Of a stretch of 32,000 bases of DNA, positions 1 to 9,747 are shown piece after piece. Source of the DNA: Wallemia ichthyophaga EXF-994. Its lineage: Eukaryota; Fungi; Basidiomycota. Under the pieces are notes generated by a model, which saw nothing but the letters and a program-made list of their open reading frames with translations, had not been told where the DNA came from and did no database searches. The stretch is taken from NCBI RefSeq assembly GCF_000400465.1, contig NW_008806296.1:30001-62000 (forward strand). Reading direction: 5' to 3'. The stretch's first letter is position 1. Each line of letters opens with the position of its first letter. The translations under genes were made by a program, and so were the position numbers.

Positions 1-1291
1 TCTCAGGAAGCGCTATCATAGACTTTGATAATGATTCCGGTATTTTTAATGATACCACTGCATCAGATAACAGATTGCTTGCCTTCTATACCAGCGCTAG
101 TGATGATAAGCAAACGCAAAATATTGCGTACTCAACGGATGGAGGTTATTCATATACAAAACGACCAGAGCCAGTCATCGACATTGACAACAGCCAGTTC
201 AGAGGTTTGTCTGGCGTAATTCTAAAACATGCCACTAACACCTCCAAGATCCCAAAGTTTTCTGGTACGAGCCAGACTCGAAATGGGTGATGATCGTGTC
301 ATTAGCTTCGCAGCACGAAATGATCATTTACGACTCAAACAACTTATTGGACTGGACTGAGACATCTCGTTTCGGCAATGTCGGTCAACTGGGCTATCAA
401 TATGAATGTCCTGATCTATTTCCGCTTAAAATCGAAGGCAGTGACGAAGAAAAATGGGTATTGATCACATCTGTTAACCCAGGCGCAATCAATGGCGGTG
501 GTTCGGCCACCAGCTACTTTATCGGTGATTTCGACGGTAAAAAGTTCACACCAGTGGATCTAGCAGTGCACGAAATGGACTTTGGGTACGATAATTACGC
601 GGGAGTCACTTTCAACAATATCCCTGATGGACGTAGATTGTGGTTGGGCTGGTCTAGCAACTGGCTTTACGCTGCAGAAGTCCCCACTGCGCCGTGGAGA
701 TCATCGCTGTCACTCGTACACGAGTTGTCTCTCGCTAGAGTCAACCTCACCGATCAGGAGGAGTCGCTTATGCTGAGACATAAGCCGGTTGACTTATCAA
801 CCCTCATCACCGACACTGTCAAGGAGACTAGCACATCAACGAACTCAGATTCTGTAGAATTTCCAACTGATGGCGCGGTAGACTTTACTGCTCATTTGTC
901 TTTTAACTCTTTAAATTCTAACTCTTCATCAAAATCTGCATCGAGGATCACTATAGAATCTGAAGATGCTCAGAACTCAATTGAAATTGGTTTGCAGTTC
1001 TCTGATCACATCGCATACATCAATAGAGCTAACTCTGGATGGTCTAATGCTATATTCGAAAGTGTTTCAGCGACTTCTATCCATATTCCAGACGATCAAA
1101 AAGTCAGTTTGAGAGCCATTGTTGACCACTCACAGTTGGAGCTATTTATACAAGATGGTATACATCTAGGATCGATGGTTTTCTTTTTTGAGGATGGTCG
1201 TGTTCCTGCGCGCCTTCACTACTCAAACGATAAAGGTGTCCAAACAGATTACTTCCGTCTCGATGCTTTGAAGAGCATTTGGCAATGCTAA
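1..1291 (+). CDS. GH32 beta-fructofuranosidase/invertase, 5'-partial; intron 205-248
   Basis: The frame reads (F)SGSAIID...LAFYT...Q.IAYS.DGG. Splicing GT205..AG248 (44 nt) restores QFRDPKVFW (RDP motif). The ORF 287-1291 contains YECPDLF (catalytic EC motif) and the C-terminal beta-sandwich (VDHSQLELF). Confidence 0.93.
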
Positions 1292-1480
1292 TGCAGCTGC
1301 AAAAATATGTATATAGAATGTAATCATGGATTGAAAATTTGCGATAAAAATTATACGCATAATAAAACAAACTGTTAATAAAAGCAGAAATAGTCCCAAT
1401 GACGTAGTAATATAGCTAATCTGAAAAAAATTCAGTTGGTGAAAGCTGCGAGAAATTCTTCACTTACCCAAGCATTAAAC

Positions 1481-3461
1481 TCAAACAAACTTGCTAAAGG
1501 TTCGTTTATAATTATTCTTAGCCCTCTTCATCTGCCTGTATGTCTTGTCATTGAAATGTGAGTATCCACCACTGATTGTGCTCTCCCATTGCTCAGACGT
1601 CTGACGAGCTCGCTTGTTTAAAGAACTGTGGTCTCGCTTTGACCCTCTTAACAGTCTATTTGCATTTCTTGATGCGCGCATCATTATTCCGCGGCTAACG
1701 CTACTAATTTGCTGAAATGTTTGCATGAATTGTTCACCGATATCTTGACTCTGTTTTTGAATGAATGACGGCGCATATCTCATTAGGTTTTCGTAAAGCT
1801 CTTGTACATTCTCGTAGCCAATTTCAGCTACTATCCATGTGAGTTCCAGTATCGTTTCAGCTATCGCAACAACTTGACGTATGTGATCGCCAACATAATA
1901 CAGCGACATGAAGTACGCGTTATTCAGAACATTTCCAGTCATCTTCATCCAGTCTTCATTATTGAACGAGTCTTTCTCTGAAGCATCTGTACTTCTCAGT
2001 TGATCTTTGACCAGAGTCATAGAGGGTATGCGAGCGACAACATCAAACACCTGATTAAAGACAGAAACTTCTGTTGTAGTCTTGGCCTGGTCTATCGTCT
2101 TGTAATTATTGACGGAGGGCTTTGGTCTAAGGCTGAGTGACGGCTTATAGGAGCAAGGTGCGGAGCTGATCGCAGGCTTGATAGCAGTAGGCTGATTCGC
2201 TCCAGACAGCCAATTCAAATCGTAGTTGCCCTCAGAAGCTAACCTATAGGTGTTGAAAGCCAACATTGACGTGAGCACTAATCCTAAGATGCTGCATGTA
2301 CTGATAGCAAGAAAAGCTGTTAGTAGTTCAACAAGAAAGAGGGCTATATTTACTATTTAAATGACCAAAAAAGATAATCAAGAGAATTTGCAATTGCTGA
2401 AACCTTTGGTTTCACTTTGACAGCATCCTCACCCTTCTCCCTTGAGACAGGTTCTACGGCTCTGGCAGTAGAAGTGTCAGCAAAAGCACCCCGATTTTCA
2501 ATACCTTCATAGATTCTCTTCATCTTTTGTGAAGCTGTGTGGTCAGTCAACTCTTTAAGCGTAATTTTGTTCTCGTCGACGCCAGAGTCCACGGCAGTTG
2601 AGTCGAAAATAACAATTTGAAGCTTTGATCGCAATTTTAAAACATCAGCAAAGACATCAATACCTTCATTGGCGGGAATAACGATGATGGTAGGCAAATT
2701 TTCAAGTAAAATTTTGAAAATTTCATCCTATGGCGGGTGAGTTTGGGTGTATCATAGCAGCAAGGCATACTTGAGCAAATGAGCCACTAATGTTGATGTA
2801 TTGATAATGCAGATGGAAGTAGTTGCTTTCAAGACGCCACTCTTGCTCGCTAACAGGAAAGCAGCAGTCAGGGTTATTCGCATTGACAATATGGTTAGTC
2901 GAATCGCCCTCAGTGACGAATCCAGGTCTTGTATCAAATAAGCATTTAATGAAAGCCTTCTTCATGACGTCCGAAAACTGTTGCAGATCGTTGGATTGAG
3001 TGAGTACGATGACTTTGGCTGTGAGAGTACCTGAGCAGTCTGTAACAGTACGAGAGGAAGAGCTGAGTGATTCTGGAGACTGTTTAGATTCTACGGGCGT
3101 GGATTTGTAAGACGTTTTGAGAGATTCGTGTTTTGGGTTAGAGTCACTGTGATTGCTGCGATTTGTGCTTGCAGTAGAATCAGCATCAGACATGCAATCA
3201 TCAGTTGCTTGTGAGGCGTTTGAATGGCTTTCTAAAGCGCTCTCAAAGTGAGATTTGTCGAGTGGATCTGGGAATGAGAGTGATAAGTCGTCATCCTCGG
3301 ATGAAGGTGGTGCGACGTCTAGCCAGTCAGTTGAAGTCGTTAGATCGCTCATACGTAAATCTGTAGTGTATTTAGCGAGTGTTTTTAATATGCATTCAGC
3401 ACTCACTGTTCCCCTGTTGATTGATACAGGTGAGAACCAGGAATGATGAAATGTGGGCCAT
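1481..3461 (-). CDS. Multi-exon hypothetical protein: acidic/Ser-rich N-terminus, one predicted TM segment. Start codon uncertain.
   Basis: ORFs 2723-3406, 2353-2697 and 1481-2278 can be joined in frame by short GT-AG introns (FAQ|DEIFKILL...; WSFK|YTCSILGLVLTSMLAF). No family recognised. Confidence 0.55.
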
Positions 3462-3611
3462 ATCGGTAAAAAAAGAGCAAAATCATATAATCATCCTGAT
3501 AAACTACATACATCACAAGAATCACATAGATACTTATATTACCCTATTCTGTCGATATTCTGAATTTTGATAGCCCGTACCGGCTGACATCTCCTTCACA
3601 CTCAGACGATC

Positions 3612-4282
3612 ATGTACAATATCTTCTTTAATAAGAATGAAAACGTTCGCGTTGAAGATGGCTCTTTAAAGCTCACTGATATTATTGGTTCTTCCTCTGA
3701 GGACTTCAAGTGCTCCAGCGATATCAATCAATCAGTGGCTAAGTTATGTGGTGAATTCAACTTTATCGACATCAGCGTATCTCCAAGAATGCTCGGTGGT
3801 AAAGGTGGTTTTGGTGCTCAATTGCGCTCTGCAGGTGGCAAAATGAGATCAAATCGCAACAACAACACAGACGCTTGCAGAGATCTCTCTGGTCGACGTA
3901 TATCAACTCTCAAAGAAGCTCAGAAGTGGGTGTGGTCATTATAATAAAGAATGTCAACTTACACGTCTTCAGGGTGGCTGAATACATGGAGTCTTCGGAA
4001 GAGCGCGAAAAGAAGCAGAAGCAAGAAGAGAAAGATAAACTTGAAGCAATGGAGAAGAAATACAATCAACAGCCTCAAAAGAGAAGACTCGATGATGATA
4101 AGTACTTGGAACAAAACAAGGATATGAACGATAACGTAAGATCATCAGTCGCTAAAGGTTTACTCGCAAAGAGACGCAAGAAGCAGCCTTCCACAGAGAA
4201 TGCTGAGGCTGGATCATCCAGAAACCCTTTTCCATCTAAATTGGCAGAAGAATCCTCACAATCAGTACCAGCCAGCGCTTGA
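3612..4282 (+). CDS. SDE2: Sde2 ubiquitin-fold splicing/silencing factor; intron 3926-3972
   Basis: LGGKGGFGAQLR...NTDACRDLSGRR is the Sde2 signature, with the GG|KGG processing site. A 47-nt intron gives EAQK|VAEY, followed by a charged coiled-coil. Confidence 0.9.
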
Positions 4283-5053
4283 AGGACATCCACCACACCC
4301 AAATGCTCCAAATTTTGTAGATTATGAGAAATGTATGGATAGATTATTAGTACTTGCTTTTATTATGCTCATAATTGTTTCTTCTCAAACGAATTAACTG
4401 AAATGCTTAGCTGTCTTCGTATTAGACATAGTTCACACTATCGTGCGAATCGTCAGCGAGGTTATCCAGCATAAACTTGGACTTCTGTTGGATTGCATTG
4501 TCATTTGTCTTTGGGACTTGTAGATGTTTGCCAATCTATAACCCAATATTGACTTTTTTTTGCGATTTGAGCTCAGTTGGGTGAGTATATTGTAATTACG
4601 GTCTCAATGACTTATTATTGATAAGATTAATAAAATCTGTATTCATGCTATCAGCGTCAAAAGTGCTTGATTGTCTTGCTTGGAACGATGGAGTTATTGC
4701 ATAAGAAGACTTCAATGATTCCATGTTTTGAACAACTGCTTTCATCTTGGCGTTTTCAAGGCTCCCAATTAAACATCCGCTTTAACTTCCCTTCTCCTCG
4801 AATTGGGTTGCTGTGGTGTGTGTAAGAGATTCTCACCATAGAGTCGGTCTTTGGACATGTGGGGGCCTCCGGCGGCTAACCCTAACCTGAGATTGGTAGA
4901 TGATTATCAGAAAGAATACTGCAAGGTAGAAAAAACACTTTCAAGTCTATTGGAATATCCTGTTGCGAGACTATATCCCTGAAAGGACTTACGTTTTCAA
5001 TCGTAAGAATAACTTGGGATGCCAAAGTGACGGTAAAGTTGGCTAAAGGGCAT

Positions 5054-7239
5054 TCAATTAGTAATCACATGCAAAATAACCAACGCACTTATAGTGGGCC
5101 TAGTTATTGAGTAGCTCAACCAATTAACAGACAAAGCGAAGAGAAACATTGGGTTGTATGTTTCTCTTTTATTCACATTAAAATCAACTTCAAAGGGTAT
5201 ACCAGCCTTCCGGTTTACTACTAGTAGCGTATTTATTAGCAGAATAGCTGAGGCTGTAAAGTACATTCCGTGGTGGTGGCAAACGGACATACCGAAGGTG
5301 TTGTTGATACTGCACAAACGAGAGGCAACTTCAAGATGAAATGGGTGGTTAATAGAAGAACGCGATAACAATTTGAACGTACTAATGTAAATAGCGTTGG
5401 AAAGAGAATTATTGTTGCGCTGGTTGCAACACTGACTATATAATAAGCCTTGCCGTATAGTATATTGAAGAGACTGAAAATTCCAGTACGCGTAGTAGAG
5501 AAAGTGCTAAAGGCTAAGAAAAGTCCAGTTGCTGTTGCTTGTAGAATTGCGTAAGCAATCTCGGCTGGAAGGGATGAAACTGGATGTGATGTGAGTGCAA
5601 CGATGGTGGATATGGATAGTAGTGAAAAATTTGAAGACATTGCGATACATTTTCTGCAATATATTCTGGTAGCTTTGATATGATGGTCTCGCACTGCGGT
5701 GACTGTTACAAGGGAGAAGAGAGATGGCGTTATCAGGAGCAAAGCAGGGATGTAGCCAGTCATCTTTGCAATATAAGTTGATTTTTAGTCCCATATTTTG
5801 CACTAATTTTACAAAGATCCAGACTTACCGCATCTAACATGATGAAAGATGATGATAAAGTTGCACAGCACTGTGTTTTAACTTTGTAGAAACGAATTTC
5901 ATCCAAGAATGCGTTATGGCTAACAAGATTTTACAAAAGGTGATGGTTGAAACTATAAACGCAATTGGGCGCTTTGTCAATGAGTAAGTAAAATTTGCAG
6001 CACGTCTTGGATAAGAGAGAATTAAATACGTGGCTCAATTCCGACGGATTGATCGAAATGTTAAATGCTAAATGTCGATTAGGTTGTTAGACTGCTTTGC
6101 GTTCATACTGATGCTCTTGTTGAGTTAGAAATCTTCTTTAGAATCTGCTTGAGTAACCCAAACAGCTAAAGGTATATTGTTACCTTTAATGTTCCTAGGC
6201 GCTTTGATTGAATATTTACGATCGTTTTTGATAGTTCCTGTCTGTACTTTGGAGCTATCTTTGCGCATACTGACGCTCGTCGTGAAATCGTACTCAAACG
6301 GGTCCATGTTGCTGCTTGTAGGTGTACTTATATCATAAACACTCTTGCAGCCATCTGATTTGTATATATGTTGCGATGAATTCGCTGATTTTGCACGTGC
6401 CAGCGTTTGGGAACTATTTACGTTCCAGGGGAGGAAGACAGTGTCTTAGAAGTGTCAGAGTGGAAAAACCACCTCTTATACTACCAACCTTTGCTGCTTC
6501 TCCCTTTCATAGCCTCCTCTATGTCTGAAGCTTCGGTCGTTTGGTTTTGGACCTGTGACACTTCCCATTCCAAAGACATTGAGGCTTTGGTGAAGAGTAT
6601 GAGAATGTATATGAGCTGATAAGCTGTCAGGCTAATTGTATAATTACACAGCTAAGACCCAACACACCGCCTCAATACCCTGTATTATCATGCAGGTCTG
6701 ATCGTTGAAGACGTTCTTTGCAATGCGGAGGCAACCATTGACCGCAGGCACTATAGAAGCAATAAAAATTAGCGCAACTTCGACACGACGATAGTAGACG
6801 TGGAATTTAACCATCAGGCCGACTCCAATCAAAGCATATAGTGCTAGGTTGATCAGGGTGACACCGATAACTCTGTCCAGTGAGCGTAGTGGATTTTCAA
6901 ATCTTAAACATATTCTAAAAATCAATTCCATCTAAAGTGGAAACGGCTTTGTTAAATGATGGGCGCTAAAAGTGAGACCATCCTTACTATCAGATATGTG
7001 ACTACGACAGAGGCCATGAACCCCACATATATCGCCGTAAGTGTTCGCGCTGTACACTTACCGCTCGTAACTTTGCTGAGTGCAAAGAACCAAGCAGGGG
7101 AGGTGAGCATGAGGAGTGTTCCAATATAAAGTGCTCTTGCAAGAGACACTATGCTGCTTAATATCACACCAGCTGGCATTTTAGTTCTTGTGGAGTAACT
7201 GGTAATACAAGAGACGCGTGGAGTGAATGACAGGATCAC
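5054..7239 (-). other. Fragmented hydrophobic multi-TM ORFs; possibly two tandem lineage-specific paralogues or pseudogenes
   Basis: ORFs 6952-7239, 6644-6931, 6125-6307, 5236-5763 and 5054-5371 are all on the minus strand and mostly hydrophobic. PFExDF occurs twice. I could not build a clean splice model. Confidence 0.3.
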
Positions 7240-7534
7240 ACCGGGAGTAAAATTGTTAAAGGAAGCAAATTATTTGCGTAAACTGAGATGCGCGAGCTCA
7301 TCAAGCAGCTTGTAAATACAGAATTATTCAATGTGGCTATTCATTTTAATCCTATTGCGCTGCGACGACACTTATTTATTCATATCCTCACCCTCGAAAT
7401 CACGGTAGCAGGCCATATGAATGAGCAAACCACGAGCTGATGTGGCTTGTGAGAAAGTAGGTTTAAGCTTGGTGCGTATACAGGGTTGACTATGTTTTCT
7501 GTTGATTTTTTAATTAGTAAAAAAAGGCAAAAAT

Positions 7535-7640
7535 TGGAGCAGCCCGGAATTGAACCGGGATCGGAAAGAAACAGATAGTTGCTTTTCCTGAAAGACAGGA
7601 TTATGCAAGCCTTCAGTGATAACCATTACACTACTGCCCC
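7535..7640 (-). tRNA. tRNA-Ala(UGC) with 34-nt intron at 37/38 (copy 1)
   Basis: Reverse complement GGGGCAGTAGTGTAATGGTTATCACTGAAGGCTTGCA-[intron]-TCTTTCCGATCCCGGTTCAATTCCGGGCTGCTCCA. Full cloverleaf, G3:U70 Ala identity pair, followed by a T-run. Confidence 0.95.
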
Positions 7641-8414
7641 GCTGTTAAACACCTAATCAATCACTATTTTATTCAATGGATTTTAAAGTCACTTCTTTTA
7701 GATTGTTTTTGAGAAAAGCCTCAATAAATGTAATAAAGGAAGACTCAAGAAGCATTTTTACATTTTCACCTACCTTTTATCTTCGATATAACGGCTAAGC
7801 GATTGTGAGAAAGGTTTTGCATTCTGGTGCAAGATTTTTTCTAGTTCCAATCTCAATTACTAAAACAAAATAGACCTTGTTATCATCAAAAGACGATATC
7901 TTGTACATATTACGAAATTCACAGAGCAAAGGCCAAGAAATGCATATACAGTCTAGAAACTGAATTTCTCAGTTTTTAATATAGCTGATGCCTTTTCAGG
8001 CTCAAAATAAGGACCGCTAATATTTAAAACCTCCTACACTATTCGATCAAGTTCAATGAATAACTTCAAGGTAGAGATGTCGAGACAATGATGCTTTATA
8101 GATATATTCATAACCAAAAAAATTGATTATGGCTTAGAAAATTAACCTTTGTTAGAATTTCAAGTAAGTCAGGCAAAGTTTGACTTTCATTGCTTGAAGA
8201 GTTGTCGTTCTTAAAATTTTCAAGCTATTAAAAATTTTAAGATCTGATCAGATACTGGGAATTACTAGTTAAAGAGCAAAACTTGCACTGATCTATCCCC
8301 AGAGTGACAAAGTTTAACAAGATCAACATATTGTTCAACATTAGAAAGTGGCGACTTCCACAAATAAATGCATTTTAGCTCATCATCTACTTTAATTCAC
8401 CTTCAAGAAGCAGT

Positions 8415-8550
8415 AAATCAAATGTATAATTAAAGCAATACAAGGTTTAACTAGGCCCATCTACATACACTTCTTATGTTACTATTCTGCAATCCTGTGA
8501 CTCCGCTTTGAAAGTGTAGCGTTTCTCGAATGTAGTCTTAAAGGCTTTGG
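8415..8550 (-). mobile_element. Diverged 3'-end relic of the LINE family (subfamily X)
   Basis: The reverse complement aligns by eye with 10570-10697: GAGAAACGCTACACTTTCAAA vs CAGAAACGCTATACTCTCAAA; AATAGTAACATAAGAAGT vs AATAGCAACATAAGAAGT; GTATTGCTTTAATTATA vs GTATCGCTTTAACTATA. Confidence 0.75.
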
Positions 8551-9087
8551 ATTGGGTGTGGTGCGGGCTCTAAGATTTGATCATTTTTGTGAGTGGACCA
8601 TGGTCATGTCTTGGAATGGCTTGTTGAGTTTTTTTAATCAATTTTGAGAAGGGATCCGCTTCGACGATTTTGTGGAGGCTTGAGCTGCCTAATTAACAGT
8701 CGATTTCATATGGTTCTGTGGTTTGTTCTTTGGGTACTGGGAGGAGTATCCTGCTGTTGCGACACTGCCATCAGCTACGGATCCGACCATATAATAAAAC
8801 CTTATGCTTTAGGTGTGTTCATGTTCTGTTGCTGTTGTTTTCTTCTATAGGTTTTTCTTTTGTTTTGTGTTTTGTCTGCTCATGGTGAGTCTGATATTTG
8901 TTTGTGGTACATGTTGTCGTGGGTATGGTAAGTGGTCAATCTGTTCTATATTGGATATGTCTACTATTTGGAGTGAGCGCTGGATAGGCTACGATATATC
9001 TGTAAGTGAAGATGAAGCAGGGGCTAAATGTACATTGGCTATCATATAGTAAACTGCCCATAATCGAAGTCGAGGTTGCAAAAGGGC

Positions 9088-9093
9088 AAAAAA
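9088..9093 (-). terminator. Pol III terminator (T6) of the permuted tRNA-Thr gene
   Basis: TAGC-TTTTTT-GCC lies immediately after nucleotide 37 of the downstream 5' half. Confidence 0.8.
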
Positions 9094-9097
9094 GCTA

Positions 9098-9174
9098 TAC
9101 GAGTCAGGCGCTCTAACCCCTGAGCTAAAAGCGCGATGTGCGCCTTCGCGGATTTGAACCGCGGACCTCCTGAT
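9098..9174 (-). tRNA. Circularly permuted tRNA-Thr(CGU): 3' half (nt 38-73) at 9174-9139, linker CATC at 9138-9135, 5' half (nt 1-37) at 9134-9098
   Basis: The minus strand reads ATCAGGAGGTCCGCGGTTCAAATCCGCGAAGGCGCA-CATC-GCGCTTTTAGCTCAGGGGTTAGAGCGCCTGACTCGTA. Swapping the halves gives a canonical 73-nt cloverleaf: acceptor GCGCTTT/AAGGCGC, D stem GCTC/GAGC, anticodon stem CCTGA/TCAGG, T stem CGCGG/CCGCG, loop CT-CGT-AA. Confidence 0.9.
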
Positions 9175-9390
9175 ATCGGAAGCTCATTGTTGCCGCCGAG
9201 ACAGATTCTTTTGGACTCTAACCAAATTTACGATAATTATTATTGTTATAATCAAGAGAAAATTGAGTCGACGCGGCGTCTATGGTGAGCTTTTTCAGCG
9301 TTATTGAGAACCACCAACAATTTAAAAATTACGACGCTAGTCAAGAAACGCTTCTAGTAAATTCAGCACCCCTTTTGACTCCTCATACTT

Positions 9391-9535
9391 TAAGAAGTAT
9401 TGATGGACGCACTTTATAACATGTATCGTCTTAACAATATAATCAGATTCCATCATCATCATTACAAGAAGTATAGATAGGCGAATATTATAAACATTGT
9501 AACGATTTTGACTATATTATGATTTCTATCTATCT
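9391..9535 (+). mobile_element. Two stacked LINE 3'-end stubs: ~9391-9462 with (CAT)n tail; ~9464-9535 with (CTAT)n tail
   Basis: The first stub resembles 10641-10710 (AAGAAGTATtGATgGaCG...ATGTATCG...CATCATCATCAT). The second has an exact AAGAAGTATAGATAGGCGAA...TTGTAACG.TTTTGACTAT match to the reverse complement of 13494-13560. Confidence 0.75.
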
Positions 9536-9747
9536 ATTGGTTATGTTTATTCTTTGGATAACTGGTGGATAGTGAATTGAGTTTGGCATATATGTCTGCG
9601 AAAGGGGTTCTGAAGCCACGTGGAAATTTCCTAAGGGCTGTAAAATGCATTTTGCTGAGTTATTTGATTGATTCAGATTTTAGGAGGTTGTTATTTTACG
9701 AGTAGCAATACCCCGCTGACCACTACCACCAACCACAACTACTCTCG

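Noticed and set aside
8644-9049. ORFs 8644-8850 and 8813-9049
   Set aside because: These arise from T/G-skewed low-complexity sequence with no recognisable domain; likely non-coding or decayed element DNA.
9288-9298. GACGC-G-GCGTC palindrome upstream of the permuted tRNA
   Set aside because: Short, single occurrence, and no basis for assigning a function.
9175-9300. A conventional 5' tRNA half upstream of the Thr 3' half, i.e. a normal long-intron gene
   Set aside because: TGGTTAGAGT resembles a D-loop, but there is no acceptor strand complementary to AAGGCGC and no CCTGA anticodon-stem strand upstream. Only the downstream half fits.
9391-9535. Repeated AAGAAGTATAGATAGGCG units as a CRISPR-like array or spliced-leader repeat
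   Set aside because: The context is eukaryotic, spacing is irregular on both strands, and the motif is tied to LINE coding remnants and TSDs.
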